Part shown: positions 1 to 12,900 of the stretch, piece after piece
Layout: each line of letters starts with the position of its first letter
Numbering within the stretch: position 1 is the first letter of the stretch
Source: a virus
Virus record (IMG/VR): IMGVR_UViG_3300044707_000140
Location: 1-64,000 of that record
Direction: 5' to 3' (one strand)
Length of the DNA stretch: 64,000 nucleotides
Program-made: the position numbers and the translations under genes
Notes under the pieces: model-generated
Seen by the model: only the letters and a program-made list of their open reading frames with translations
What the model was told of the DNA's origin: nothing
Database searches by the model: none

Positions 1-451
1 CAAGAGCTATCTGAAGGTTGTCATTTGTATTAATCTTCGTATATATCAAGTTGGGTCCCTCATAGAACACACATGTTGCGTTCAATATAATAGGACAGGG
101 GCTCGCTGCGCATATTACTGGGCTGCTTGTAAAGGCTGTATTGTTATTTGCATTAGCAAATAGCTTAGACATGAACGATTGGTTGTCTGCTGGATCCACT
201 GGATCAGGAGCAGCAACGTAAACGATTGGCTCACTAGTAATAATAGGAGTGACGCTTTGTTGAGGCACCCTACCATAAAGCTTAGACAAAAAGGAGTTCT
301 GACTAGATGATAATTCACTAGATGGTGGTTCTGAAACCACTGGAGCTATAAAAACGGGGGAATTATTTACGTAGTCAGAAGTTTGTGACGCACCTGATGT
401 ACCAGATGTGCCACTACTTCCATACTGTAGTATGTTAGGAAGTACGTTCAT
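1..451 (-). CDS. Putative fibre/structural protein, 3'-truncated by window edge (not in ORF track)
   Basis: Manual translation from ATG 451 stays open to base 1: MNVLPNILQYGSSGTSGTSGASQ...CPIILNATCVFYEGPNLIYTKINTNDNLQIAL. Contains the shared C-x2-Y-x-G docking motif. Confidence 0.75.
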   Translation of the reverse strand, partial: MNVLPNILQYGSSGTSGTSGASQTSDYVNNSPVFIAPVVSEPPSSELSSSQNSFLSKLYGRVPQQSVTPIITSEPIVYVAAPDPVDPADNQSFMSKLFANANNNTAFTSSPVICAASPCPIILNATCVFYEGPNLIYTKINTNDNLQIAL

Positions 452-459
452 GTCTTAGA

Positions 460-855
460 TTAATGTACGATTTTCAGAACATCACCTGTGCGGTACACTT
501 GACCAGCAAGCAAACCACCAGCGATAGCAGCAGCATTATCAGCATATTGAGGGGCTCCTGTATAGGGTACAGAAAGCACAATCCTCCAATCCAGGGCACC
601 TGTACCTGTTGTTTGGGCATAATATAGGGTTCTAGGTGCAGTGGTTCTTACAAAGAGCTGGCCTAAATAAATGGCAGCAGCTGTTGGGGCCCCGCTTCCT
701 GTAACAGGAACGAGGTTATTATTCACCTTTTCTAACGCAACCTCCAGAGAATCAAGGGGATTGACGTCAATATTGGTGAGATATTCTCCGTTATAGAGGA
801 TGCAAAGGGCATTCTCATATACAGAACATGTTGGGCAAATTGCAGCGGTTCTCAT
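460..855 (-). CDS. Short fibre-like structural protein
   Basis: Likely start is ATG 855 (MRTAAICPTC), just downstream of a TAACTTTG box. Has CILYNGEYL..VNPLDSLEVALEKVN motif and a C-terminal YADNAAAIAGGL..GQVYRTG motif seen in phage fibres. Confidence 0.6.
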   Translation of the reverse strand: MRTAAICPTCSVYENALCILYNGEYLTNIDVNPLDSLEVALEKVNNNLVPVTGSGAPTAAAIYLGQLFVRTTAPRTLYYAQTTGTGALDWRIVLSVPYTGAPQYADNAAAIAGGLLAGQVYRTGDVLKIVH

Positions 856-861
856 AGTGAG

Positions 862-891
862 CAAAGTTAATTAATAAGTGTTAATATTCAA
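862..891 (-). promoter_or_regulatory. Bacteroidota sigma70-type promoter (-33/-7)
   Basis: TTG(891-889)-N19-TAACTTTG(869-862). Confidence 0.7.
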
Positions 892-929
892 TGAGTTGGA
901 GGAAAAATTCCTCATAATATAGCTATAGG

Positions 930-3900
930 TTACCTTATTCTTGACTCAGTAGTAACTCTTATTCCAAGAGACTTAGCAAGTTCAGGATCTATATAAGGCA
1001 GCACCTCTGTTTGGAACTGATATCCAACAGGCATTAGGTTAAGAGCATATTTAATAGGATGGGCTTTCTCCATCATCTTCTCATCATTTATGGCATATCC
1101 TGTCACCTCTCTTTGTAGGTTATCAATCAGCTGAGCAGACTTGGAAATAAGACCTACAGCAGGCATTACGCTACCCTTGGTGATGCTCTCAAAGGACCTA
1201 GGATCGTAATAGAACTTAAGCTCATCTGATATCTTATTGATAGCCTTAGCCCAGAACTTGTATCTGTTTCTGGTGAGCTCATCAGCATCCTCAGGAGGTT
1301 CAGCAGCCTTAGCAGCTATTACAAGTCCCATTACACTAAACAGTAGACCAAGCTCTTTCATTTGGTTAGAGAGCTGTCTTCTCACCAGGTCATAGAACTC
1401 TTCGTCTGTGATTTCCAGTTTCTTACCAGTTTTCTTGAAGTGGTCTTCTCTCTTAGCTTCCAACATCTCGTCCAGTATCTTCAGTCCTTTGTCTGTTCCA
1501 AGAAGCACTTGTCTCATTTGGAAGACATTGAACAAGCCCAGCTGAGCCCAGGTTTTGAAGAACAAACGTGTTCTACCATATTCCCATTCTTCCTGTTCCT
1601 CACTCTTTTGAATATCCTGACCCCTTACAAAGATTTGTTTAGGTATCCAGGTTTTAAACATCATGAAGGAACGGAACAAAGCATCTCTTCTGTAACCAGC
1701 TTTATTATCTGAGTTCATTTGACCACTTAGATTTCTACCATACTCAATCACCTTGGTACGGTATTTTGCCAGCTCCTCATCACTCACTCCAGGAATTACC
1801 ACCTGACCATCTTCTATTTTAGCCACCTTATCAAGAGACGAGCTTTCTTTCAAAGCCTTCACACGCTCCTCATATCCCTTCTCATATGTTCTTCTTTCAG
1901 CCTCAGACATTGTCTTATATCTAGCTCTATCCTGAGCCTTTACATATTGTCTAATGTTCACAATCTTACCATCCATCACCATTGAGTTCTTATTGAAAGC
2001 CAGTGCATTAGCAAGCTGTAGCTTTCTATCAGGGAATGCGTTGGTGGACATCATTACATCTGTAAAGGTCCAGGTTCCTAGATACTCACGGAAGCCTTGT
2101 TTCCAAGCAATACCTCTTCTTTTCTCTGCAGAAATATCTTCATTCAAAGGAACTACTAAATCTATAAGCCCTTTATCTAATGTGCTGAGACCCACTCCTG
2201 TAGTGATGGCTAAGTTCTGAGCTTCAAACTCTCTAAACCTATACATGTTTCCAGCATTAATAAATGCTTGGAAGTTAAATCCTGCATAGTTGGCAATAGC
2301 AATTAAAGGTTTCAAACCTACAGCAAGTGCTCTCACTAGTACGTTTGATGTATCCAGTCCTTTCTTGATAGAGAGCACAGTTTTCTCTTTGCTTTCCTCA
2401 TCCTTTTGAAGCTGTCCAGCAAGTCTGTTCATGTTCACATTACCAAGAGAAGACAGGTCTTCTGTAATACCATACACCTCATCATCAATAATTGTCTTCA
2501 AAAGAGCAGCGTTCTTAATGTTGTCATCACCCACTCTTGGAACATTTCCTTCATATACAATGCTTCCATCAGGAGCAGTGATGATGTGTCCTTTGCTTTC
2601 CTCTACGTTATGTAGGGTGAGAAGGATGTTCTCCATCTCTTTAGCGTTCTCATATTCTAACAAAGCCTTAATCCAAAGTGTTCCCACCTTGTTCAGGTCT
2701 TTAGAAAGTTCATCTACAGCTTTTTCAGTTCTTGTGAAGAAACGAGGTATTTGTCTTTTCACCTCACCAGTCTCAGGATCAATTTTAGCATGCGCAGGAA
2801 GCTCATCTATCTTCGTAGTGTACATGTCATTAAAGAAATCCTTAATCTGTTTTGTTGTTTCAGAACTTTGAGATATCTTCTGAAGGAGTGTAGCTTCTAT
2901 CAATGGGAAGAAAGACATACCTTCCTGATCTAAATATCCTAATTGCTTAGCTCTTTGATTTAGGTTGGTTAAGAATGTCCACATTTTCATGGCATTCTCA
3001 TTACCCCTCATCTGTAAGTATTCTGGAGAGTAGTGACCTTCTTCTTTCATTGTTTGATTGAAGAGGTATTTGAACTGTCCTTGATTATAACCATTAAACG
3101 TTTCAAGATTAATATCAAGAGAGTTTCTCAACTGCTTGATTCTGAACTTTCTTTTGAGTTCATCTTGGTCTGGGTCTGACGAAAACTTGATAGTGTTAAG
3201 TTCCTTGATTCCTCTATCAATAGCTTCTTTGGCTAGAGCGTTATACTTCTCACGATCCATGTTCTCTAAGAAGAACTGCTTATTCCTAGCTTTAGCATTC
3301 TTAGCTATTTCATCCCAGAACTTTCTATCAATCTTCTTGATTAGTTGCAGTCTTCCGTTGTTCACTGTACCAATCATATCAAATGCACTTCTACCAGAAC
3401 GATTCGCATCTTCGTATAAAGGAAGAAGCAGCTTTTCAAACTCATTAATAAGCCTAGACATCTTGATGTTTACCAAGCTCTTAGCGTTCATAATGAGGTT
3501 GGATGCAAGACGAATGTTTACAGGAGCAAGCTTAGATCCTTCTAGGAAGGTTTTGGAAAGACCATCCACCTCTTTCTCTGCAGCTAGGAAGTTCTCTTTG
3601 GCTGCTTCTGTATCTTCTATAAAGTTTTCTTTAATAGCATATTGTACAACAAAGTCTTTCTGAAGCTGATCAATCTTCTTAAGCATTCTTCCTGTGGAAT
3701 TGTTAATCTCTTCCAACGACTTAAGAGTTTTCTTATCCTCATCACGGAGGTTTTCTTTACCAATGTGGTTAATGAACACCTCGTCCATTGTAGCAAACTT
3801 CTCAGCACTTGTTCTATATTCTAACAAATCACCCAGCTTCTTCCTGAGCTCTTCTTTGCTAAGTGTCTTATAATCAATGTTTTCAAATGTCTTAAGTGTT

Positions 3901-6900
3901 TCAGCAGCGTTGTTCAAGAAGGTTCTACCTACGTTTGCCAAAGGACCAAAGTCAAGCTTCATATGCAAATGACGTATGGCCTTACTTATCTCATTGAGCA
4001 TCAGGTTCTTAGCATACTTTTCCTCAGGAGATACGGGCACCTTGTATAACTTCTCGTAATACTGTCTCATAGAAGCAAGTAGTCTGTCCACTTCAGGATT
4101 ACCTGTGGACTCTGTATTCAATGGAACAGGCAAAAGATATAGGTTAGTTTCCTGTAAGTTGTCTAGCTTTCCTATTTCCATGGAAGACAATACAAGACCA
4201 CTTTGACGATCTCCCTGAACAGCATATGTATAGTTAGCTAGGAAAGGAATCATACGTGCCTTTCTAAGCTGATCAGGTTGCACCTTCAAGTTGTACATAA
4301 TCTTTGACTGTTCACCCATCTGCATCTTCCATTCCTTCTGCTTATACCAAGGGACATCCTCGTCCTTAGTCTTATCAATGCTTGTAGTTTTCCAGTCAAA
4401 CATGTCCACTACAAATCCTTTTTTTTCATCAGGTTCAATAGCAATAAAGTCTGCTGTTGTACCAATCATTCCTTTAGCCTTAGTGTTCACTATCTTACTT
4501 TCTATTCTAAATCTTGTACCAGGCTTGTAGGAACGAATGAGTTCTTTTGCAAAGTTTCTCAGTCTCTCCTGAATAGCAGAAGATAGTCTTGACTCAACAG
4601 GAGTATCTAAGAACTGAGCTCTTGCAAATCCATCTTTGTCTATAAGGTTGTTTGTAACATAGTCTTGCAGGAAAGCATGGACATCTGTACCCCAGTCTCT
4701 CTTCTGGTCATCTTCCAGCTTATCCATAGGAGATCTTTCAAATTGTCTACCCACCTCTTCTTTTATCTTCTGTGTAACACTTCTTGCTACACGCTCATTG
4801 TTGTACGTGTAGTGTCTGTCGTTAGGGTCTGTGGTAATAATATTCATGCTGGCATCCATTTGAGCCAGTGTGTCATAGAACTTGTTCACCTCATCATTAG
4901 AAGCAATCTGCAGAAACACCTCATTTCCAAGAGAGTCTGTAACTAGCTCACCCCCTTCAATTCTTGCTGCAGCTTCTTCAAATACATCTATAGTAGACTT
5001 CCTATAGATGCTTCTAATCATATCTTTGATAGCATCCCACCACTGTTGAATCAGGCTTCTAGTTTCCTCTTGCATCAGTTCTGGATATTCTGTGGTGCCC
5101 TCATTTCTGTTGATAATCACTTCTGTAATGAGCTTATCCACAGCCTCCATCTTTATCTTACGGATGTTAGGTCTTCCGTCAGATAGTTGATAGTAGGGGT
5201 TGTCCTTATACTTCTCAAATACCTGCTTGTATATCTTGAATCTCTCAATCTTGGAGATCATTTCTGTAACTAGCTTAGGATCAACTTGTTCAATCATTGC
5301 TCTAGAGATGTGAACAATCTCCTCTGTTAGAGCAACATCTTCTCTACCAGCAGCTACAGCTACAGACATCTTAGCTAAATCAGCCACACCATTAACACCT
5401 TTTGTATCAATATTAGGATTAGCTTTAGCATAGTCAGCTAGAGATTGGATGTTGATTCCCATCTGCTTAGCTGCTTCTTTCATCTTAGCTACAGTGGATT
5501 CAGAAGCTCTAGAGGTAGGTACGCCTTCTATTTGGAACAGTATTTTCTCTCTTTCTCTTTCTTTGTTAAGAGCTACCTCATTCCACTGGTTACCATACTC
5601 ATCTGTAACCACCTTAGGACTGTATCCCTGCTTCTTCAGAACATTAGTTACAGTGGTTTCGTAGAAGTTATAGATAGGCTTGAGAGCACCAAATCCTTCT
5701 CTCTCTACTCTTTCAAGTTCTTGTTTGAGCTGGTTTATCTCTCTGTTTATACTTTCTATGCTATTTAATTCAGGTTTAGTATTAAGGTACTCTTGCTCAG
5801 ACATACCTTTCATTTCTAATATTTTTTCTTTTTCAGACTCTACAAATTTAATCCTATCTTCTTTTTCTCTTTTAAACTCTTCTAATGTACTATGACCTTC
5901 CACCTTACTAGCTGTATCTCCTTTAGGAAACAACACTTTGTTATATCCCTTCTTAGCTGAGTCTTGGATGATAGATTTGATAAAGAATGTTACCCAGTTA
6001 TTGTCTTTGTTTAGGAGTTGTAGGAATTGATTTTTAGAAACATCTTCTTTTGAAGGACCGCTAAAAGCAATTGCTTCTTTCTCACTTTTAAACCCTCCTT
6101 CTATAAGACCTACAAGATTATTATAAATACTCCATGTTCCATCTGATTCTTGTTTAATTTCATCTTCAAAGTCTCCTGGTTTTTGATTAACTAAATCACT
6201 TTTATCTCTACCCTTCTGAAACAAATCAGATTGTAGTTCTAGTATTCTACGAGTTTTAGTTAATGTACCTCCAACACTAGGAACACCGTTTTTTTCTAAT
6301 TCTTTAGCTGCTTGAACACCTTGGGTGTCTCTAGCTTCTTCTATTTCTTGAGGTAATGCTTTTCTATTTTGAATACCAACCACAGAATCATCACTTCTAA
6401 ACCATCCAATTCCTTTGTCTGTAGCAAACTGAGCATGTCCTCTAATAGCAGGAGTAATGGCTGGTGTAGCTATTTCGTTCTCTGTATAATTGGTTCCTCC
6501 TGGAACTGTTAGGTTAGAATAAAATTGTGTAGGTGTCGCTCCTGGAATAGGAAATCCTCGATCATCTGTTTCATAATCTTCAACTTGCATTCTCCAAGGT
6601 TCTTCTACAACATCTCTTTTAGCAACATTAATCTCAATAGCAAAGCTGTAGTCACCTAACATATTAGCAACTAGCTCTTCACGATTGATGGTGTTGTATT
6701 GCTTGAGGAGCTCAATCTGCTCCTTAGGAATCTGAAGATCTGCTTGCACCTTGTTCCAGAACCTATCACCTGTCACCTTGTTTCTATCTAAGGTGCTGAA
6801 CAGTGTAACAGCCTTGTCTGTTTGCAAAGCGTTAACAGCCTTTAGACCAGCCTTTACAACAGACTCTTTGCTCTCAGACTCTGGTACAATACCATCATAC

Positions 6901-6989
6901 TTGTCCCACAGATAGTGAGCAACATCGTTTCCTCTAGAAACCACTAGATTTTGCCAGCTTTCAAGGTTCTTATTTGGACAGGTAGCCAT
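930..6989 (-). CDS. Large virion cargo (ejected) protein; multi-domain with PD-(D/E)XK nuclease-like and degenerate zincin segments
   Basis: 2019 aa, directly downstream of the vRNAP as in crAss-like phages. GTDVH...E...D..DWKT...Q nuclease pattern (~4290-4800), EEIVH (~5310-5325), N-terminal CPN motif, hydrophobic C-terminal helix. Confidence 0.75.
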   Translation of the reverse strand: MATCPNKNLESWQNLVVSRGNDVAHYLWDKYDGIVPESESKESVVKAGLKAVNALQTDKAVTLFSTLDRNKVTGDRFWNKVQADLQIPKEQIELLKQYNTINREELVANMLGDYSFAIEINVAKRDVVEEPWRMQVEDYETDDRGFPIPGATPTQFYSNLTVPGGTNYTENEIATPAITPAIRGHAQFATDKGIGWFRSDDSVVGIQNRKALPQEIEEARDTQGVQAAKELEKNGVPSVGGTLTKTRRILELQSDLFQKGRDKSDLVNQKPGDFEDEIKQESDGTWSIYNNLVGLIEGGFKSEKEAIAFSGPSKEDVSKNQFLQLLNKDNNWVTFFIKSIIQDSAKKGYNKVLFPKGDTASKVEGHSTLEEFKREKEDRIKFVESEKEKILEMKGMSEQEYLNTKPELNSIESINREINQLKQELERVEREGFGALKPIYNFYETTVTNVLKKQGYSPKVVTDEYGNQWNEVALNKEREREKILFQIEGVPTSRASESTVAKMKEAAKQMGINIQSLADYAKANPNIDTKGVNGVADLAKMSVAVAAGREDVALTEEIVHISRAMIEQVDPKLVTEMISKIERFKIYKQVFEKYKDNPYYQLSDGRPNIRKIKMEAVDKLITEVIINRNEGTTEYPELMQEETRSLIQQWWDAIKDMIRSIYRKSTIDVFEEAAARIEGGELVTDSLGNEVFLQIASNDEVNKFYDTLAQMDASMNIITTDPNDRHYTYNNERVARSVTQKIKEEVGRQFERSPMDKLEDDQKRDWGTDVHAFLQDYVTNNLIDKDGFARAQFLDTPVESRLSSAIQERLRNFAKELIRSYKPGTRFRIESKIVNTKAKGMIGTTADFIAIEPDEKKGFVVDMFDWKTTSIDKTKDEDVPWYKQKEWKMQMGEQSKIMYNLKVQPDQLRKARMIPFLANYTYAVQGDRQSGLVLSSMEIGKLDNLQETNLYLLPVPLNTESTGNPEVDRLLASMRQYYEKLYKVPVSPEEKYAKNLMLNEISKAIRHLHMKLDFGPLANVGRTFLNNAAETLKTFENIDYKTLSKEELRKKLGDLLEYRTSAEKFATMDEVFINHIGKENLRDEDKKTLKSLEEINNSTGRMLKKIDQLQKDFVVQYAIKENFIEDTEAAKENFLAAEKEVDGLSKTFLEGSKLAPVNIRLASNLIMNAKSLVNIKMSRLINEFEKLLLPLYEDANRSGRSAFDMIGTVNNGRLQLIKKIDRKFWDEIAKNAKARNKQFFLENMDREKYNALAKEAIDRGIKELNTIKFSSDPDQDELKRKFRIKQLRNSLDINLETFNGYNQGQFKYLFNQTMKEEGHYSPEYLQMRGNENAMKMWTFLTNLNQRAKQLGYLDQEGMSFFPLIEATLLQKISQSSETTKQIKDFFNDMYTTKIDELPAHAKIDPETGEVKRQIPRFFTRTEKAVDELSKDLNKVGTLWIKALLEYENAKEMENILLTLHNVEESKGHIITAPDGSIVYEGNVPRVGDDNIKNAALLKTIIDDEVYGITEDLSSLGNVNMNRLAGQLQKDEESKEKTVLSIKKGLDTSNVLVRALAVGLKPLIAIANYAGFNFQAFINAGNMYRFREFEAQNLAITTGVGLSTLDKGLIDLVVPLNEDISAEKRRGIAWKQGFREYLGTWTFTDVMMSTNAFPDRKLQLANALAFNKNSMVMDGKIVNIRQYVKAQDRARYKTMSEAERRTYEKGYEERVKALKESSSLDKVAKIEDGQVVIPGVSDEELAKYRTKVIEYGRNLSGQMNSDNKAGYRRDALFRSFMMFKTWIPKQIFVRGQDIQKSEEQEEWEYGRTRLFFKTWAQLGLFNVFQMRQVLLGTDKGLKILDEMLEAKREDHFKKTGKKLEITDEEFYDLVRRQLSNQMKELGLLFSVMGLVIAAKAAEPPEDADELTRNRYKFWAKAINKISDELKFYYDPRSFESITKGSVMPAVGLISKSAQLIDNLQREVTGYAINDEKMMEKAHPIKYALNLMPVGYQFQTEVLPYIDPELAKSLGIRVTTESRIR

Positions 6990-6990
6990 A

Positions 6991-9900
6991 TTATCTCTTA
7001 CAAGTTAAGGTTATAATTTTACCAGCTTCTTCAGGTGCATATCCCATTTCTTCTAGCATCTTAGCATTGATTGCTGGGAAGGCATAAGTTACACCATCTT
7101 TTAATTTCATTGTCTTCTGAGATTCTATTTCTATAGGTGTTTCAGCAGCCTGTGCACCAAAGTATCTAGCCACATAGTTATTAGAACGCTCAGGAGATGT
7201 AGCACCTTGCATGGTGTACTTCTTATCTTGGAATGTGTACTCCTTGGTGTATGTAGTGGGTTCCACCTTTACAAACCCATTGTCTATTACAGACACTGTA
7301 GGCTCTGTGTAGAACTCATTAGCTCTGAAGCCATCTCCCCACGCATTGATCATCTGGAATACGTAGTTCTCATATTTACCTTCCTTCAGAACTGCAGGGA
7401 TTTTGTTAGCCTCATCGATGTACACCTTCTTAAACAACCCTCTCTTTCTAAAAGAATAGTCACCCTCTTTCATCATCTGTATCTTGGTTTTACCAGCAGG
7501 AACCACATCCCACGAATAAGCTACAATATCTGCTTGAGCAGAAGCTGTTCTAGAAGAAAGCTTTAAGAGCTGTGGAATCTCTCCATTTCTCATGGCATTC
7601 AATAGAGCACCATGTTTGTCAAAGTTCATGTTCAGGTTGTAATATGGCTCACCCATATAATTGTAACCACCTCTAGCTTTCTCAGAAGGAACAATATCAT
7701 CATTGTTCCAGTTGTTTCTCTGGAAGGCATTCACCTCATAGAACTTGGTTACATCAATATCAGATTCCTCTTCTAGCTTGGTAATCACGTTGTTATATAT
7801 GTCTGCAAAGTCCTCATAAGGAAGCAGAGATGTAAAAGAGAATGGTGTAGTGGACAGTCCTGATTGTAGGATGGATACACCAATAATCTTCTTGTACAAG
7901 CCTTCTCTATTCTGACCCTTCAGATATTCTCTCACTTCACGGAAGGAACTAATTACGCGATCCTGGTCATACACCTTATTATCCTTGTTCTTCAAAGATA
8001 GGTTATTTACACCACCATTCTTCTGAGGAGTTTGGTGTTGCATGATACCATTTTTACCTACGATATAGTTCGTAAACAAAGGATGATCAGGCTTATTCTC
8101 AATGGAAGTCATAAACTCCATCACTTCCTTGGGAGCATTGTTATCACTAAGTAGGAGCTTTGGAATGAGGGCATTCCTACTGCTATCAATCTGTACAGCC
8201 CAATCAAAGAAATCATTCACAGCCTTTCTAGCCACCTTTAAAAAATCTCTTTCATTGTACATTCCAGTGTAAGGCTCAATCACCTTTCCAAGCACATCCC
8301 CAATAACTCCTCTGTCAGAAATTAGGAACTTTGAAATAGCCTTTTTAGATCTATTTATTCTATCACGCATAGTTCCTAAAAAGCTGTTTTTCAATATGTT
8401 ATCAGGAGAAGAGATTACAGATTTTCTAGCCTTGATGAGCTGTTGCTCTTTTTTAACTACTAAGAATGGATCATTAAAGCTAGCTGTATCATAGTTGGTT
8501 CCTTGTGTCACCATCATTAACTGCTCACTTAGCTTGGCATATTTGAGGAACTCGTTCAGGATAAACTGCTGTTCTGCTTTTTGTTTTTCATCAAAGCGGG
8601 TTTCACCAATCATCTCTAATAGTTTACCCTTAGAAGGAATCTGTGTCACCTTAGCAAGCTGTTCTTTAGAGGCTTTATATTTACCCTTCACCTCATCCAC
8701 CATTCTATCATTGAATAGGTAGCTATATCCAGCATTCTCTAGGTTCTGTAGGTAATCACGGACGATAGGCTGGTTCATGAAGTAGGACACTGTATCAACA
8801 GGAACTCCTGCTTTTACAAGGAACAGGTAGGTTCCTGCTACATTGTATGTAGCACCCAACTCAATAATCCATGGACCCTTAGAGATGTCTACATATCCAT
8901 CGATGAACATACCGATGGTGTTGGATATATATTTTTTATCAGCACTCTTGATTCCAGACAGAGACACGTAAGTATTTCCATCTATATCAATAGTGTTAAA
9001 TCCATCTGCAAACTTAAGCTGAGCATCTCCTAACCAATATTGATCCACCTTACTAAGACCAGAAAGCTTTCTAGGATCAATGATGATTGGTTCTCTTTGA
9101 TTTAAAGAGTGGTTAGTTTGAGCCACAGCTGCAATACCAATAGCATACTTACCTGTTACAAACGCATGGCGCAGTCTTGACATGAATGTTCTGTCAAGCA
9201 TGTTTCCTACATTAGTGTAATCAAACGTGGGAAGACCAAGCTTCTTTGTAATCTTCTTAGATAGGTCTTCTAGTTCTTTAGAAGAGTTGGGCCTTGTAAG
9301 CTGAGCATAGTTGTCTTCTCTTTCTACCAGATTCTGACTAGACTGGATGTACGCGTTCTCTAAGCTTTGCTTGTAGAGTTTGTCAATCAGAGCTTGTTTA
9401 AATTCTTCCTTAGTGATACTCTTCACAAAATCCCTTGTAATCTCTTGATCATCATAGGCTTGTGCAAAGATGGTTCTGAGAAGTCTCTGTTGTTCAGTGC
9501 CAACTGGATTACCATCTAGGTCATATTCAGGGCTGAATAAAATATCTTTCTCTTCTTCAATAATACGGTCAAGTTCCTGCAGTTGTTTCTTGCTAAGGAA
9601 CTCACCACTATCAATCATCTTAGCAAACTCAGCTCTAGCCTTCTCACCTATACCAAAATAAGGAACCACCTTAAGGTTTCCTCTTCCATCTGTATACAGG
9701 TTTTTTAGATAGACACTGAGTTTATCTATGTCAAAGTCAGATCCCACCTTCTGAACAAGTGCAGAGGGGACAATTACAGCATCCCCATATTCTGCAGGGA
9801 GGAAGCGTTTGATTCTGAATGACTCAATGTAGTTTTGTTTACCTGTAGGAATACGGAAAGCTACACCAGTTAAAGCAGCTAGTTGTGCTTGCCCTTCCTT

Positions 9901-12900
9901 AGTATTATTGAAATAGTGTAGCAGCTCTTCATCAGTCTTATCACTCTTGAACCATCTGCCCACCATTATCTCACAATAGCGTTCACCATCTTTATTCTCA
10001 TAGAACTTAAGGAAGTCAGATGTGTATGCATCTCCTTCTTTCTTAGCACGCACTGCCTCAAGAAGTGTAGAAGGAAGCTGCACCTTTAATCCCCCTGTAA
10101 CTTTAGGAGAGATGAAGTTTTTATCAGCTAGTGAGTAGAGGATGTTTCTAACTTGTTGGTAGACAGGGGTAGCTTCTAATACAGCCTTACCTTCTAAGAA
10201 ACTGTTTAATGCAGCAATCGTGTTGCTGTTAGCTTCTCTTTTAAGAATCTCGTTACGCAGTGTTTTTGCTGCCTTAGAGAAATCTGTAATAACAAATTCA
10301 TCACCCACCTCAACAAGCCCTAGCTTCTTCAAGAAGGTTTTATATCCTTCATCTGTAAGAGCTTCTAGAAGTGATTGGTTAGTCTTAATTTCTTTATATA
10401 GAGGAGATGCTTCTTCTCTTCCCTCTTCGGTTTTAATGTCATACCACATTTTGTAGCGCTCAGGGAAGGTCTTACTCTTCTCAAAGTCAATGGGCACACC
10501 AGCATCCATAAAGTCCATGGTGATGAGCTTAGTCATCTGAGATCCTCTGGTAACTAAGTCTTCTTCTTTAGAAGGCACCTCAGATTGTACACTCATGATA
10601 GAGAATGGAACATTAATAATACCCTTGTAAGGAGCTGTATTGAATTCTCCTTTATCATTGTATACATCATTTATCTCTTCAGCCCCCACCTTTCTAGCAC
10701 TACCATACACCACGTAGTCCAGATTCTCACCTTCCATCTTTTTTAGAAGCTTCATAGCGTTAGACTCACCATGTTTGGCTAGTCTATCCATCTCATTTAA
10801 TACACGGAAGGATAGAGGATAGAGGGCAAACTTATCTAGTACAGGGTCATTGTAACTTTTGTTACCACCTTTATTACCAGCAACAATAGGTTTGCTAGGA
10901 GTGTATGCGCTCTTTACAGCAGGGTTGTTCTTTTCAAACTCAGCAATCTGTTTATCTGTAGCACCAGAGTCTACAAGCTTTTTATAAGCTACATCATGTC
11001 TGTATTGTCTTTCCTCAGCAGCACTCCAGTTGGAAGAACGAATTCTAAAGTTTCTGTGGGCTTTGAATGTAATCATACCAGCACCATCAGGTTCTTTAAA
11101 ACCTTCATATCCTGGCATTTCATTCATAGCAATCACATCAGCCAATGTGGTGCTATTGAAACTATCTCTTGTGAAGTCTGTACGTCCATAGTCTTCAGGC
11201 TCAAATCCTTCATTCCACACTTTATCCAGAACAGAGTTCATGTTAGCTGAACCATGTAGGATAGCTTGACGTGGAGACAGAAAGTTCTTAATACGCTTCA
11301 ACTCATCAGAATACTGATAAGGATCTGAATATAGAAGTTTGTGGTATTCTATATTGGCAATCATGTAGTTCACCGTGATGGTGGACATATGAATGTCAAG
11401 GTTAGCTTTGCTCACCACTCCTGACTTAGAGAAAGAAAGGTCCTCCACAACATACTCATCCTCTTTAGTCTTCTCTACAATACCATACTTCTCAAGGGTG
11501 TTCTGAAGCTTGGCTGTTTCAGCCTTTATGTATCTTTCAAAAGCAGCATCCACCTTCTTCTTTATAGCATCTCTGCTTACAATATCTTTAGCTTCTCCCT
11601 CTTGAGCAAGAACTTGTTTAGACAGTTCTGGGCCAAGGATGGCATTCATGAAGCGTAAATCATCTGTGTTTCTATCTTTAGCTACACGTCTGTCCTCTCT
11701 AGCTAGGTTGATTTCATCAATCAAATATCCTCTAAAGATTTCATTTATAGTGTCATATCCTCTTCTCATATCCTCCAGAGACACATGATTTCCCATATAT
11801 GTCTGGTATTCTAGAGAAGCATCTCCAGCTACAAGATTGTAATAGTAACCCTCTAGGTTCATGTTAATCTCCTGGATCAAACGTTCCTTCTGGTTGAGTC
11901 TAGAAGATTCTTTCTTTCTACCGCTAGTCTGGTCATTGGTACCATTAGCCACACTGGTTTTCATAATCTCTGCCACTCTTCCACCAGTCCTCTTATTGCC
12001 AGTTTTTGTTTCTTTATCAATGTTAAAGATGGCATTCAGTATCACTGAGTTCTGAGCAAATAAGTCTGTGTACAGATAACCATATCCATTACTACCCTGC
12101 AAAGATTCATAGGTGGGAGCTGCAGATATATTCTTGTATAGCTCATTGCTAGGATTGGTTCCAATGAATGTTTGCAGCTTTTCACCATTTACACCATAGA
12201 ACGTACTAGGGAATTCTGGATTCTCTATACGTGCCTTGATAGCAGCTAGTGTGCGTAATCTCTTAGTGATGTCTAAGGTTTTACCCGTAACTGTAGCAAT
12301 CTTCTCACGTTCCAAGAGGCTCTTGTACACACCGTTGGTAGCTATGTTGAATCTCTCAAACAGTCCAGGGTTACTAGTCTCCAGGTTAATTATATCATCA
12401 GCATTGAATGTGATACCAAAAGATTCCAAGAACTTCACCTTCTCTTGAGGAGTTCCAATGGGCATTTCTTTTACAGCATCAGGTTTAGAATAATATCCCT
12501 TAGTTTTAACATCGTATGTAAAATACTTATTCTTTGGATCAAGGAATACACTTCTAATACCGTTCTCAAAGTCTTTTACAATCTGTCTTGTGGCAGTGTT
12601 TAAGTTACCCTCAGACACTTGTACACCTCCTTCAGAAAGGATATCTAACATCTTCACCTCAGGATTCTGCTTATTGAAAGCTATGGTGAAAGCTGTAAGT
12701 AGTTGAATATTATGCTTTTGCATAGCATTCCAGTCAGGAGCATTCTCAGAACTGGTCTTTGCTAAGCGCTGGTAGAGCAACTCATAGTTTGTATCATTAG
12801 CTGCCATGTCAGCAATTCTGCTAAGCATATCCTCTGTATTCAGAGAATCATGAACATTGTTCATTACAGAAACATAAGCTTCTCCAAGAGGAACAAGATT

